A DNA stretch of 64,000 bases. It comes from an uncultured Candidatus Saccharibacteria bacterium. GTDB lineage: Bacteria; Patescibacteriota; Minisyncoccia; Phycocordibacterales; Phycocordibacteraceae. A program made the position numbers and the translations under genes. This document shows positions 32,005-41,351 of the stretch, piece after piece. Below the pieces are notes generated by a model that was not told the DNA's origin, did no database searches, and saw nothing but the letters and a program-made list of their open reading frames with translations. The stretch is from assembly GCA_964507275.1 (NCBI GenBank), contig CAZDPG010000001.1:468577-532576 (forward strand). The letters are read 5' to 3'. Position 1 is the stretch's first letter; the number at the start of each line of letters is the position of its first letter.

Positions 32005-32122
32005 AGTGATTCAAATTATTTAACTTACTGTTTGAGCCTACCTTACTTGAAAATGAAGCCGTGTGGGGATAACTAGTTATTCTCTCGCCCTGGGAGAATC
32101 GACTGCCGGGTATACTGAACGT

Positions 32123-33031
32123 ATGAAGCAGCGACTTATTCGCGCAAGCGCGGCGGCGTTCATCGCCTTTGCAGCGGGATTCATCGGCTATTCTGCGGGC
32201 ACAGGAGTACAAGCAGCGGGCGTGAGCATTCCAGCGCAGACGGTGCCTGCACCCGTCGCCGGCTCGACACGCATTATCTACAGTCTCGATCAGAAACAGA
32301 ATGATCAGGAGCTCATCGCGCTCATCAATGAGGCAGAAGACCATATCTTCTTCGCTATCTATACCTTCACCCTCCCCTCTATCGCGGACGCCCTCGTCGC
32401 AGCAAAGAAGCGCGGTGTGGACGTACGCGGCATCATGGACTCAGAGCAGAGTAGCAACAGTTACGGCGCTCCCATCACCGCACGCCTGCGTGCTGCAGAC
32501 ATTCCCCTCTTCGTGGAGCGCCATGCAACCGGGAACGGAATCATGCACATCAAGCTCCTGGTGACCGAACAAGCATATGCATTCGGCAGTTACAACTGGA
32601 CTCGATCCGCGACAACAATTAACGATGAGATCATTGAGATCGGCACTGACCCGGCACTTCGGCAAGCATACGAGAACATAGTAAAGAAACTGCTCGACGC
32701 CTATAAAGGCAACGCGGCCGCGGGAGCGGCCGCGCCCGTTTCTATCGGCACCATCGACTACACCGATGCCAGCAAACATATCGGCGAGTACGCCTCGGTG
32801 CACGGCACGCTCGTGAAGGCGCATACATCGGCAAGCGGCACGGTCTTCCTCGACTTCTGTGCCAACTACAAGACCTGTCCCTTCTCGGGCGTCATCTTCG
32901 CCGACGATGCCAAGCAGTTCGGTGACCTCTCCCGCTACAACGGAACGACCGTGACCCTCACGGGCAAGATACAGAGCTATCAAGGCAAAGCGGAAATCGT
33001 CCTCTCTGACCCGAATCAACTTTCAAATTGA
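32123..33031 (+). CDS. Secreted PLD/Nuc-like nuclease with a C-terminal OB-fold
   Basis: Signal peptide, AIYTFT, KRGVDVR, MHIKLLVTE...GSYNWT; C-terminal beta domain (VTLTGKIQSYQGKAEI). Confidence 0.82.
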   Translation: MKQRLIRASAAAFIAFAAGFIGYSAGTGVQAAGVSIPAQTVPAPVAGSTRIIYSLDQKQNDQELIALINEAEDHIFFAIYTFTLPSIADALVAAKKRGVDVRGIMDSEQSSNSYGAPITARLRAADIPLFVERHATGNGIMHIKLLVTEQAYAFGSYNWTRSATTINDEIIEIGTDPALRQAYENIVKKLLDAYKGNAAAGAAAPVSIGTIDYTDASKHIGEYASVHGTLVKAHTSASGTVFLDFCANYKTCPFSGVIFADDAKQFGDLSRYNGTTVTLTGKIQSYQGKAEIVLSDPNQLSN

Positions 33032-33107
33032 CGTTCATCTGACTCTGTGCTTTTATCTTTCCAGAACAATCCGTTCTTGCGATACTCAACCAACCGAAGG
33101 AGGCGTC

Positions 33108-33599
33108 ATGCCCGAACTGTTACCTGAATTCCCCACCAAAGGGATTGCTGCAAAAATCATGGCGGATGTCGCCCTATTCGTCGCCGGTTCTTTCTCGATA
33201 AAGCGGGAAACATTCCACATCGTCATGCTGGTACCCTCGATGGACACGTCAGGGACCTATCCCGACTACCCCATCAAGCCGCACCTGCTCGCCGAGTACT
33301 CGTATGGCGGCAAGAACGGTTGGGAACACGATTTCGCCAACATCGCGCAATGCAAAGCTCTCCAGCTCTGGCACGACCGGAATGACGGCGGCCCCGACTC
33401 AGTGGCCCACCTACTCTTCCCGGGCGATACGCCTTTCTGGGGTGGCGTGAAGCGCAGCGGTATCGTCGTGGCCTGCTCGGGAGTACAGCCATGGTTCGAC
33501 CGGATGATTTCCGGCATGGTGGCTGACGCCTATATTGCGGTCGCACACGGTGAGAAAGTCGCTTGGGCAGAAATGCACCCTCGCGACGGATTCATCTGA
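33108..33599 (+). CDS. Hypothetical protein
   Basis: SD AAGGAGG, own terminator hairpin; weak GlcG-like GGV..VACSG motif. Confidence 0.7.
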   Translation: MPELLPEFPTKGIAAKIMADVALFVAGSFSIKRETFHIVMLVPSMDTSGTYPDYPIKPHLLAEYSYGGKNGWEHDFANIAQCKALQLWHDRNDGGPDSVAHLLFPGDTPFWGGVKRSGIVVACSGVQPWFDRMISGMVADAYIAVAHGEKVAWAEMHPRDGFI

Positions 33600-33691
33600 C
33601 TACCTTCGCTTCATAGCGCCGACCCCTGGGTCGGCGTCTTTGTTTCTATTGCGTATTCCCGCCTTTTTGTGCTATATTTATGTGACTTCCA

Positions 33692-34270
33692 GTGGCTACC
33701 GACCGACTTCGCATAAATAACGAGATACGCGCGGCTGAGCTGCGCGTTATTGGCGCAGAAGGCGAAAACCTGGGAGTTCTCTCGCTCGAAGCGGCCCTCG
33801 CGGCAGCCAAGACGGCCGGGCAGGATCTTATCGAGATTTCGCCCTCAGCCGTCCCGCCCGTTGCGAAGATCATGGATTATGGTAAATTCGAATACGAGCG
33901 AAGCAAGAAGGAAAAGGTAGCAAAAGCCAAGGTAAAAGTGTCGGAAACGAAGGAGGTCCAGATCAAAGTGGGCACCGGAGACAACGATATGGCGCTGAAG
34001 GCTAAGAAGGCCGCTGAGTGGCTCGCAGAGGGCCACCGAGTGCGCGCAGAGCTCTTCCTGAAGGGTCGCTACAAGGGAATGAGCGAGGAGTTCCTCAAGG
34101 TTCGCCTTGAGAAGTTCCTTTCTCGCATCCCGTACGCGTATAAGATCGCCGAACCGATCACTCGCAGTCCGAAAGGATTTGCCGGCGTCATCGAACGCGA
34201 TCTCATAGCGCAAGCGAAACGAGAGAAAGGAGGGGCAGCCGTTGAACCACAACCACAATATGAAAACTAA
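33692..34270 (+). CDS. infC: Translation initiation factor IF-3
   Basis: RINNEIR, PPVAKIMDYGKF; GTG start. Confidence 0.96.
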   Translation: MATDRLRINNEIRAAELRVIGAEGENLGVLSLEAALAAAKTAGQDLIEISPSAVPPVAKIMDYGKFEYERSKKEKVAKAKVKVSETKEVQIKVGTGDNDMALKAKKAAEWLAEGHRVRAELFLKGRYKGMSEEFLKVRLEKFLSRIPYAYKIAEPITRSPKGFAGVIERDLIAQAKREKGGAAVEPQPQYEN

Positions 34271-34445
34271 CAAATCTTATACGAAACGGATCCGCGTCAC
34301 GCGCACGGGTAAGCTCATGGCGCGCAAAGCGGGCCAGAACCATTTCAATGCAAAGCAGAGCGGCTCAACTCGCTCCGGCAAGCGCCGCGCGGTCACCATC
34401 ACTCTCACAGCAAAGGTGCAGCGCCGCTTCCTTCCAGGAACCTAA
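34260..34445 (+). CDS. rpmI: 50S ribosomal protein L35
   Basis: MKTNKSYTKRIRVTRTGK. Confidence 0.95.
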   Translation: MKTNKSYTKRIRVTRTGKLMARKAGQNHFNAKQSGSTRSGKRRAVTITLTAKVQRRFLPGT

Positions 34446-34463
34446 TTAAGTAATCATTTACGT

Positions 34464-34811
34464 ATGACAAGAATCAAAGGTGGAGTACACGCGAATAAGC
34501 GCCGCAAGAACATCCTCGAGAGAGCGAAGGGATATCGCGGCATCCGCTCCAAGAAGCTCAACTTCGCCCATGAAGCCCTCATGCGCGCCGGCCGCTACGC
34601 GTTCGCTCACCGCCGCGACAAGAAGACCGACTTCCGCCAGCTCTGGATCGTCCGCCTGAATGCCGCTGTCCGCGCAAACGGCCACGCTTCCTACAGTACG
34701 TTCATCAACAAGCTCAAGAAAGCCGGGTTCGCGCTCGACCGTAAAGTCCTCGCTGAATTCGCAACTGATCGTCCTGAGATATTCGAACGCATCAGTAAGC
34801 AAGTCGTCTAA
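34464..34811 (+). CDS. rplT: 50S ribosomal protein L20
   Basis: [26 protein letters not shown]. Confidence 0.97.
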   Translation: MTRIKGGVHANKRRKNILERAKGYRGIRSKKLNFAHEALMRAGRYAFAHRRDKKTDFRQLWIVRLNAAVRANGHASYSTFINKLKKAGFALDRKVLAEFATDRPEIFERISKQVV

Positions 34812-34917
34812 CCGACATGAAAACCGCCCGAAAGGGCGGTTTTCATTTACGCGTTGACAAACACCTCCACCAGGAACAGGATAAAAGTCTGTTCTTTAAG
34901 AGGAGGTAAGCACAATC

Positions 34918-35280
34918 ATGGAAATGCCGACCATCACAACCCTGCTGGACCTGCTTCACGCCCTGCACATCGACATCTTCCACGGCAGAAAGACGGCCGC
35001 GTACGTAGTGAGTTACCGGCAAGGAGAAGCCGAGGTCCGGGAGCACTTCGACGACGGGAAAGGACACTCTGGCGCTTTCACGTGCGATACGTCGCCATTG
35101 GACTGGACCGTGTTCGCAGAAGCGAAGGACGCGAGATATATCACTGGTGTCCTCGAGCCAGGACGTGTCTCCACCACCAAGTTCAAGCTCTCCGAGCAAG
35201 GGGAACGAGAATTGTCCCGACTCATTGAAGAAGCCGCCGTAGCGCACATTGCGGGAGCGGCCGAATCAACAGCGGAATAG
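34918..35280 (+). CDS. Hypothetical protein
   Basis: TTGACA at 34854, SD AGGAGGT, downstream hairpin. Confidence 0.7.
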   Translation: MEMPTITTLLDLLHALHIDIFHGRKTAAYVVSYRQGEAEVREHFDDGKGHSGAFTCDTSPLDWTVFAEAKDARYITGVLEPGRVSTTKFKLSEQGERELSRLIEEAAVAHIAGAAESTAE

Positions 35281-35337
35281 AAACCCGCACCCATCCAGGT
35301 CACCGTTCGCGGTGGCCTGGTTTTCTTTCGCACCGCC

Positions 35338-35400
35338 TTATATCTTCTTTACTGACTCTTTCGTAATCTCCCACGTCTGCCCTGCCTCAGGGACGACTGC
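35338..35400 (-). pseudogene. Orphan duplicate of the 3' end of the beta-CASP nuclease gene
   Basis: Encodes AVVPEAGQTWEITKESVKKI*, versus AIVPEAGQTWEITKESVKKV* at 36008-36070; 40 bp identical (35357-35396 = 36027-36066). Confidence 0.85.
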
Positions 35401-35474
35401 ACTCGCATCATTACCTATCCCTTATTCATCACGGTCGTGAAGTATAGAGGATAAGATTGCTCGGAAACATGTCG

Positions 35475-35999
35475 TCATGCTATCGATTTCTTCAATATCC
35501 CATTTATGAATTCGATTTTCCGTCGATAGTACTCTCTCACACTTAGTCCAGCACTTCTTTCCTTCAACTTCCGATATGCATCCAAATCATCAGGATGATT
35601 CTTCAGATGAGTTTCAAAGGCGATACTCCTGAGCCAGTCATCACTGCTCTCAGTGATTAGGAATACATCCGCGTGTTTACCATCCACATCCGTCACGAAT
35701 CGAGCTCTCCGCAAAGGATACGTACTTCGCGGCTCTCCGAACAGCTCTTTCAATAATTCGAGAAACGCATCAAATTTTTCCATTGGTATGGGCACATAAA
35801 TATCAATTTCATCTTGTCCTGAAATCCCTAGGCTCGCCGCACCATGATGTTCAACTGGCACATACGCGCCAAGCGCTGACCGAATTCGTTCTTTAACAAA
35901 AATGAATTTCTCTTCTGCAGTTTGATCAAACGGAACGATTGAGATTGTGTCTGTATCGGAAAGATGATCTACCCACTTCTGCTGTTCGGACGTCAACAT
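35475..35999 (-). CDS. GrpB-family nucleotidyltransferase-fold protein
   Basis: VEHHGAASLGISGQDEIDI, HPDDLDAYRKLK, YRRKIEFI; AT-rich. Start placed at ATG 35999. Confidence 0.82.
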   Translation of the reverse strand: MLTSEQQKWVDHLSDTDTISIVPFDQTAEEKFIFVKERIRSALGAYVPVEHHGAASLGISGQDEIDIYVPIPMEKFDAFLELLKELFGEPRSTYPLRRARFVTDVDGKHADVFLITESSDDWLRSIAFETHLKNHPDDLDAYRKLKERSAGLSVREYYRRKIEFINGILKKSIA

Positions 36000-36007
36000 C
36001 TGAATAT

Positions 36008-37399
36008 TTAGACCTTCTTCACCGATTCTTTCGTAATCTCCCACGTCTGCCCTGCCTCAGGGACGATGGCAGAGCCGCCGAGGTAGTCGTGGATGCGCTG
36101 GGCGAGGAATCGTTCGGCAGAAGGCTCGCCATGAGCTGTGAAGATGGCTTTCGTCCGTTTATCGGCAAGCGCTGCTTCGGCAAATGCGAGGAGCCCGTCG
36201 CGATCGGCATGGGCTGACCAGCCTTCAAGTTTCTCTATCTTCGCCTTTATCTTTACTTCAGCACCGGCGATACGCACACTCGATGCGCCCTCCATCATGC
36301 GTCGCCCCGGCGTGCCAGGGGCCTGGTAGCCGACCATAAAGAGCGTGGTGGCGGGGTCGGGCAGATAGCGTGTCTCCCAGCGACCGATGCGGCCGCCATG
36401 ACTCATCCCCGCGCCGGCGATGATGATTTTCGGCCCCGGTACCTTCTCTATCGCCATCGACTCTTCGCTTGAAAGTGTCTGTTTCAAGAATGGGAATTCG
36501 AAAATACTCCCTTCTCGCCTCATCTCATCCTCTGTCTCTTTTTTGAAGTATGTCATCCCCCACTTCTCGTACACTGCAGTCACATGTATGGCGAGTGGTG
36601 AATCGAGAAAGACGGGAACCTTCGGCAGATCTCCTGCGTCAAAGAAGTTGGAGAGCTCGTAGAGCATGAGCTGAGTGCGTTCGACCGAGAAAGCGGGAAT
36701 GAGGATTGTACCTCCTCTTGCTATGGCTCGCTTCATCTCTTCAAGCAAAAGAGGTCCGCGATTTTCTTGATTCGGGTGCTGTTTGTCTCCGTACGTGCTC
36801 TCCATCACAAGCGCATCAGCATCCGGCACTGGCTCCCAGTCAGGGAGAAGCGGCGAAGGAGAGTTACCGATGTCGCCGGTAAATGCGACACTCGTCCCTT
36901 CCTCGTCTCTGATGCGCACACTCGCCGAGCCGAGGATGTGACCCGTGTTGCGCAAGTAGGCCGAGAGCCCGGGCGCGACCTCTTTCTCCGTATGATATTC
37001 GAGCGTCTCGACGAGCGAGAAGGCAGTCTCGACATCGTTGATGTCGTATAAAGGAAGCCTCCCTAGACGCCCAGCTTCTTCTGCGAGGATGTGCGAGGAA
37101 TCGAGCAGGATAAGAGCTGCGAGGTCCCGCGTTGCTGGCGTCATGAATATCTTTCCACGGAAGCCATCCCGCACAAGCTTCGGTATGCGACCGACATGGT
37201 CGAGGTGAGAATGCGTCACGATAAGAGCGTCAATCGTTGTGACGTCATACGGGAACGGCCCGTACATGCACTCTTCGCAGAAGTCACCTCCCTGCTCGAT
37301 ACCGCAATCAACAAGAATCCTTCCCTTCGCTCCGGTGATTAAAAAGTTTGAGCCGGTCACCTTGCCTGCTCCGCCGTAGAAACCGAGTCGTAATGCCAT
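36008..37399 (-). CDS. MBL-fold beta-CASP ribonuclease (YSH1-like)
   Basis: VTGSN, THSHLDHVGR, GHILGS, MESTYG, SAHAD, HGE. Confidence 0.93.
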   Translation of the reverse strand: MALRLGFYGGAGKVTGSNFLITGAKGRILVDCGIEQGGDFCEECMYGPFPYDVTTIDALIVTHSHLDHVGRIPKLVRDGFRGKIFMTPATRDLAALILLDSSHILAEEAGRLGRLPLYDINDVETAFSLVETLEYHTEKEVAPGLSAYLRNTGHILGSASVRIRDEEGTSVAFTGDIGNSPSPLLPDWEPVPDADALVMESTYGDKQHPNQENRGPLLLEEMKRAIARGGTILIPAFSVERTQLMLYELSNFFDAGDLPKVPVFLDSPLAIHVTAVYEKWGMTYFKKETEDEMRREGSIFEFPFLKQTLSSEESMAIEKVPGPKIIIAGAGMSHGGRIGRWETRYLPDPATTLFMVGYQAPGTPGRRMMEGASSVRIAGAEVKIKAKIEKLEGWSAHADRDGLLAFAEAALADKRTKAIFTAHGEPSAERFLAQRIHDYLGGSAIVPEAGQTWEITKESVKKV

Positions 37400-37433
37400 G
37401 TAGCAACTTTACCATGGAGCTATTGCTACTAAG

Positions 37434-37470
37434 CGCAAAAATCCCGTCTTTTTGAGACGGGATTTTTGCG
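37434..37470. terminator. Hairpin terminator
   Basis: CGCAAAAATCCCGTCT / AGACGGGATTTTTGCG, 16-bp stem. Confidence 0.8.
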
Positions 37471-37703
37471 GAACTGTCCTCTCCGGCAACTTTATTGTGC
37501 CAGGTGGGATAAACAACGGCGGCTATCGGATTCCTTCACAGGCTTCACCAAGCACGTCTTAATAGTTATTCTCCCTTGTAGGAAGTAAGTTGCGTTTTTA
37601 AGAACAGCTCCACTTACTAGTATACCTGCTCCCCGGAGTGGGCGTGTGGAAAACAAAAATCCCGCCATGAGCGGGATTTTCTGTCTATCCGAACAAATGT
37701 TCC

Positions 37704-38180
37704 CTAGAACGCCTCTTCGGCGCTGATGAAGTCGAAATCATTACGCTTGTATCCGAAGAGCTCATCTCCTTTGAAGAAGCGTTCTACTTCCACAATCCCA
37801 TTCTCGATACTGTCAGATGCGTGGACAAGATTCGATTGTGTCGAGAGCGAGAGGTCGCCGCGGATGGTACCTGCTGCGCCTTCGTAGGCTTTCGTCGGCC
37901 CCACGATAAGTCGAGTTGCGGCAACCGCATTTATACCCGAAAGCGCCAGCACCACCACCGGCGACGTCTTCATGAACGTCTTGATGCCGGAGAAGAACGG
38001 CTTGTCCTTGATGTGTGCATAGTGCGCTTCAAGGAGTGCGTCCTCGAGCTCAATCATTTTCATGCCTACAATCCTCAGCCCTTTGCGTTCGAAGCGGCCA
38101 ATAACCTCTCCCATGAGTCCGCGATGCACTGCGTCCGGCTTCAATATAATGAGTGTCTTTTCTTCTTTCGGATGTGCCAT
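37704..38180 (-). CDS. ndk: Nucleoside diphosphate kinase
   Basis: LKPDAV, GTIRGD, NLVHASDS. Confidence 0.96.
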   Translation of the reverse strand: MAHPKEEKTLIILKPDAVHRGLMGEVIGRFERKGLRIVGMKMIELEDALLEAHYAHIKDKPFFSGIKTFMKTSPVVVLALSGINAVAATRLIVGPTKAYEGAAGTIRGDLSLSTQSNLVHASDSIENGIVEVERFFKGDELFGYKRNDFDFISAEEAF

Positions 38181-38218
38181 AGTTTTTTAAAATAAATACC
38201 GCCAACAGGCGGACACGG

Positions 38219-38983
38219 TTATATCGTTATGATACGCGCTCCCTGCTTTTCCAGCAAGATAGTATGCTCGAAGTGAGCGCTCTTGCTGCCATCCTTGGTG
38301 CGGAACGTGTAACCGTCCGGGCACAGTATGACCGCCGCTTTCCCGGCGGTTGAGATAGGCTCGAGTGCTAGCACCATACCCTCTTCGAGTAGCTCACCCT
38401 CTCCTTTGCGCCCATAATTCGGGATGAACGGATCTTCGTGCACAACATCGCCCACACCGTGACCGCCGAGCTCCTTCACTACTTTGAATCCGGCTCTTTC
38501 GATCACTTCCTGAATCGCGTGCGAGATATCACCGATATGATTCCCCGGAACGGCCGCATCGATGCCGGCGGCAAGCGCTTCTTCCGTTACTCGAAGAAGC
38601 TTCTTCGTCTCCTCGCTCACCGTGCCCACCGGTACCGTGATGGCAGCATCGACGATGATGCCATTGTGCGTGAGTCCAAGGTCGAGCCCGACGATATCAC
38701 CCTCCTTCAAGGTCTTCACCGATTCATTCGGTATACCATGCACGACTTCATCATTTATCGAGACGCAGAGCGTTGCTGGATACGGACGATTCCCTCCTTC
38801 AGGCGTATAGCCGAGGAAGCATGGCTCATCGCCGCCATCGCGAATCATCTGTTCTGCCAGGTCATCGAGTTCCTCAGTCGTGACGCCCGGCGCAACCTTC
38901 GCCCTGAGGGCGGCGAGCACGGCAGCAAGCCGCTTGCCGCCTTCGATGAGATTCGCCCGCTCGGTATCGTTTCTGATAATCAT
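38219..38983 (-). CDS. map: Methionine aminopeptidase
   Basis: SINDEVVHGIP, GHGVG, SAHFEHT. Confidence 0.97.
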   Translation of the reverse strand: MIIRNDTERANLIEGGKRLAAVLAALRAKVAPGVTTEELDDLAEQMIRDGGDEPCFLGYTPEGGNRPYPATLCVSINDEVVHGIPNESVKTLKEGDIVGLDLGLTHNGIIVDAAITVPVGTVSEETKKLLRVTEEALAAGIDAAVPGNHIGDISHAIQEVIERAGFKVVKELGGHGVGDVVHEDPFIPNYGRKGEGELLEEGMVLALEPISTAGKAAVILCPDGYTFRTKDGSKSAHFEHTILLEKQGARIITI

Positions 38984-39553
38984 TTAAATCTTGAGGATAC
39001 TCCTCACTTCCTCTGCGATAACTTCAGGCGGCCGATGGCCATCAACCTCGGTGAGGATACCTGCCTGGCGCAGATAGTCGATTGCTCCTTCTGTGCTTGA
39101 GTAATATTCCTCAAGACGCTTGTGGACGACCTCTGCATGGTCGTCAGGCCGAGATCCGTTCTCGCGACGCAGCGCGATACGCGTATGAACCTCTTCATCG
39201 GGGACACCGAGATGGAAGATGTAGAACGGTCGGTTGAGCCACTTGAGCGACTCGGCAACGATTTCTGCTTCAGGCACGGTACGGCTTGTACCATCGAAGA
39301 TGACATTTCCACCCTCCGGGATACCGAAGAGGATTTTGAGGTAGACGTACGAAGCGAACCAGTAAGGAGTAAGCATTCCGGTATCCATGGTCTCCTTGAG
39401 CTTGTGCCCGACGGGACCGCCTGTCGCCACGATCTCGCGTAGTCCACCGCTCGTGCCAACCACCGGCCAGCCCGTCACATCTGACAGTAGCTTGGCCTGC
39501 GTCCCCTTCCCGCTCCCCGGTTTCCCGATAAAAAATATGATTGGCTTTTCCAT
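38984..39553 (-). CDS. adk: Adenylate kinase, short (no LID)
   Basis: GKPGSGKGTQA, RPDD; follows secY. Confidence 0.93.
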   Translation of the reverse strand: MEKPIIFFIGKPGSGKGTQAKLLSDVTGWPVVGTSGGLREIVATGGPVGHKLKETMDTGMLTPYWFASYVYLKILFGIPEGGNVIFDGTSRTVPEAEIVAESLKWLNRPFYIFHLGVPDEEVHTRIALRRENGSRPDDHAEVVHKRLEEYYSSTEGAIDYLRQAGILTEVDGHRPPEVIAEEVRSILKI

Positions 39554-39568
39554 CTGCCCACTCTAGCA

Positions 39569-39619
39569 TCACAACACAAAACACGCGACAGCAGAGCTGT
39601 CGCGTGTTTTGTGTTGTGA
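39569..39619. terminator. 24-bp perfect inverted repeat after secY
   Basis: TCACAACACAAAACACGCGACAGC-AGA-GCTGTCGCGTGTTTTGTGTTGTGA. Confidence 0.8.
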
Positions 39620-39621
39620 AA

Positions 39622-40896
39622 TTAGTACTCGCGGAGGGAAACTTGCGCGTCTATCTTGCGAGCAAGATCAAGTGTGACCTGGACAGCGATGAGGAGCGCA
39701 GTGCCGCCGAGGACGAGCGTCGTGACACCCGTGAGACCCTGAATGATCGACGGAGCAACCGCAAGGAGGCCGAGGAAACACGCGCCAGGGAGCGTGATAC
39801 GGTTCACGACGTTCCCGATGTACTCCTCAGTCTCGCGGCCAGGGCGTACGCCTGGGACGAAGGCTCCTGTCTTCTGGAGGTTCTCAGCGACACGCTTCGG
39901 TTCGAAAGTGACGGCCGTGTAGAAGTACGTGAAGAGCACGACGAGCGCGAAGTAGACAGCTCCGTACTTCCAAGGATTAGAGAGGAAAGCCGTGTACCAG
40001 AGCGCCGCCGAAGAGGCGAAGGATACATGGATTGCATTCAACATCGAAAGCGCCATCTGCGGCACAAGAAGAAGCGAGAGTGCGAAAATGATAGGAATCA
40101 CGCCTGCCTGAAGGAGGCGAATCGGGAGGTACGTCGCCGCACCCTGCGCGAGCGCCGCGCCGCGCATCGCCCGAGCATAGGCAATCGGGATAGAACGCTC
40201 AGCATCAGAAACAACAACCACCGCATAGACCAGTGCCGCGGCGAGGAACGTAAATGCCAAGTACGAAGGGATATTCGCGGCAGTCGCGGCAAAGATAGTC
40301 TGCGCGATGCTTGCCGGGACGCTCGCAAGGATGCCCGAGAGAATAATAAGTGAGACGCCGTTGCCGATGCCGAACTCGGTCACGAGCTCGCCAATCCACA
40401 TAAGAAGGAGTGATCCGGCGGCGATAAGCGCGATATTCGCGATGAGTGCGACCGTATCGAGCTGCCCTATGACATTCTGACCCTGGAGAAGGAAGAGGAA
40501 TCCAACGGCCTGCAATACTGCAATCGGGATTGTCAGGAGACGGCTCCACTCGATGAATTTCGCGCGGCCGGCCTCCCCTTCCTCAAAATATGCGGTCTTC
40601 ACCTGTGGGAAGATGATGGTCGCGAGCTGCATGATGATCGATGCAGTGATGTATGGACCGACGCCGAGCATTACGATAGAGAGCTGAGCGAGACCGCCGC
40701 CCGAGAAGATATTCAAAAGACCGAAGAACTGGTTGCTCGCGAAGAAAGATGCGAGCGCAGCTTTGTCGACGCCCGGGATAGGCACGGCAGCGAGGAAGCG
40801 GAAAAGCGCGAGTGCGCCGATGACGAACAAGATGCGAGCGCGGATTTCTGAATCGCCAAAAGCGAGTTTGACCTTGCGAAAGAAGGAGTTAATCAT
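39622..40896 (-). CDS. secY: Preprotein translocase subunit SecY
   Basis: LGVGPYITASII, GIGNGVS, PGVRPG, GGTALLI. Confidence 0.98.
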   Translation of the reverse strand: MINSFFRKVKLAFGDSEIRARILFVIGALALFRFLAAVPIPGVDKAALASFFASNQFFGLLNIFSGGGLAQLSIVMLGVGPYITASIIMQLATIIFPQVKTAYFEEGEAGRAKFIEWSRLLTIPIAVLQAVGFLFLLQGQNVIGQLDTVALIANIALIAAGSLLLMWIGELVTEFGIGNGVSLIILSGILASVPASIAQTIFAATAANIPSYLAFTFLAAALVYAVVVVSDAERSIPIAYARAMRGAALAQGAATYLPIRLLQAGVIPIIFALSLLLVPQMALSMLNAIHVSFASSAALWYTAFLSNPWKYGAVYFALVVLFTYFYTAVTFEPKRVAENLQKTGAFVPGVRPGRETEEYIGNVVNRITLPGACFLGLLAVAPSIIQGLTGVTTLVLGGTALLIAVQVTLDLARKIDAQVSLREY

Positions 40897-41341
40897 GGCT
40901 GGTCCCGCCGACCGCGAGAAGCGCCGTACGCGCTGCGGTAGACAAGGTGCAGTTCCTGATGACGAGAGCTTTCGTGAGGGTGCCAGTGCCGAGAATCTTC
41001 ACGACCGGCGCGCGACCCTTTGCGCGTCGCACGAGTCCTCGCGCCACGAGTGATGCTGGCGAAACGGTCTCTCCTGCCTTGTAGGCTGCCTCGAGCGCTG
41101 TGAGGTTCACCGCTGAATCAGCGATGCGATTAGTTCGTACGGTGCGTGCGCGATTCTTGCCGTGTCCGCGGCGCTTCGGAAGCTTCTTGATGAGATCACG
41201 AACTTCCGGACGAATCTTGTGTCCCGCGCGTGCAGTCTGTCCTTTGCCGCCACGACCAGACGTCTTGCCGCGCTTGCCGCCACGACCGACCGGTTCTGGC
41301 TTGTTTACTTTCGTGCGAGGAGAAATGGTGTTCAGTTGCAT
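40889..41341 (-). CDS. rplO: 50S ribosomal protein L15
   Basis: GRGGKRGKTSGRGGKGQTAR. Confidence 0.96.
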   Translation of the reverse strand: MQLNTISPRTKVNKPEPVGRGGKRGKTSGRGGKGQTARAGHKIRPEVRDLIKKLPKRRGHGKNRARTVRTNRIADSAVNLTALEAAYKAGETVSPASLVARGLVRRAKGRAPVVKILGTGTLTKALVIRNCTLSTAARTALLAVGGTSHD

Positions 41342-41351
41342 ACGTAAATGA

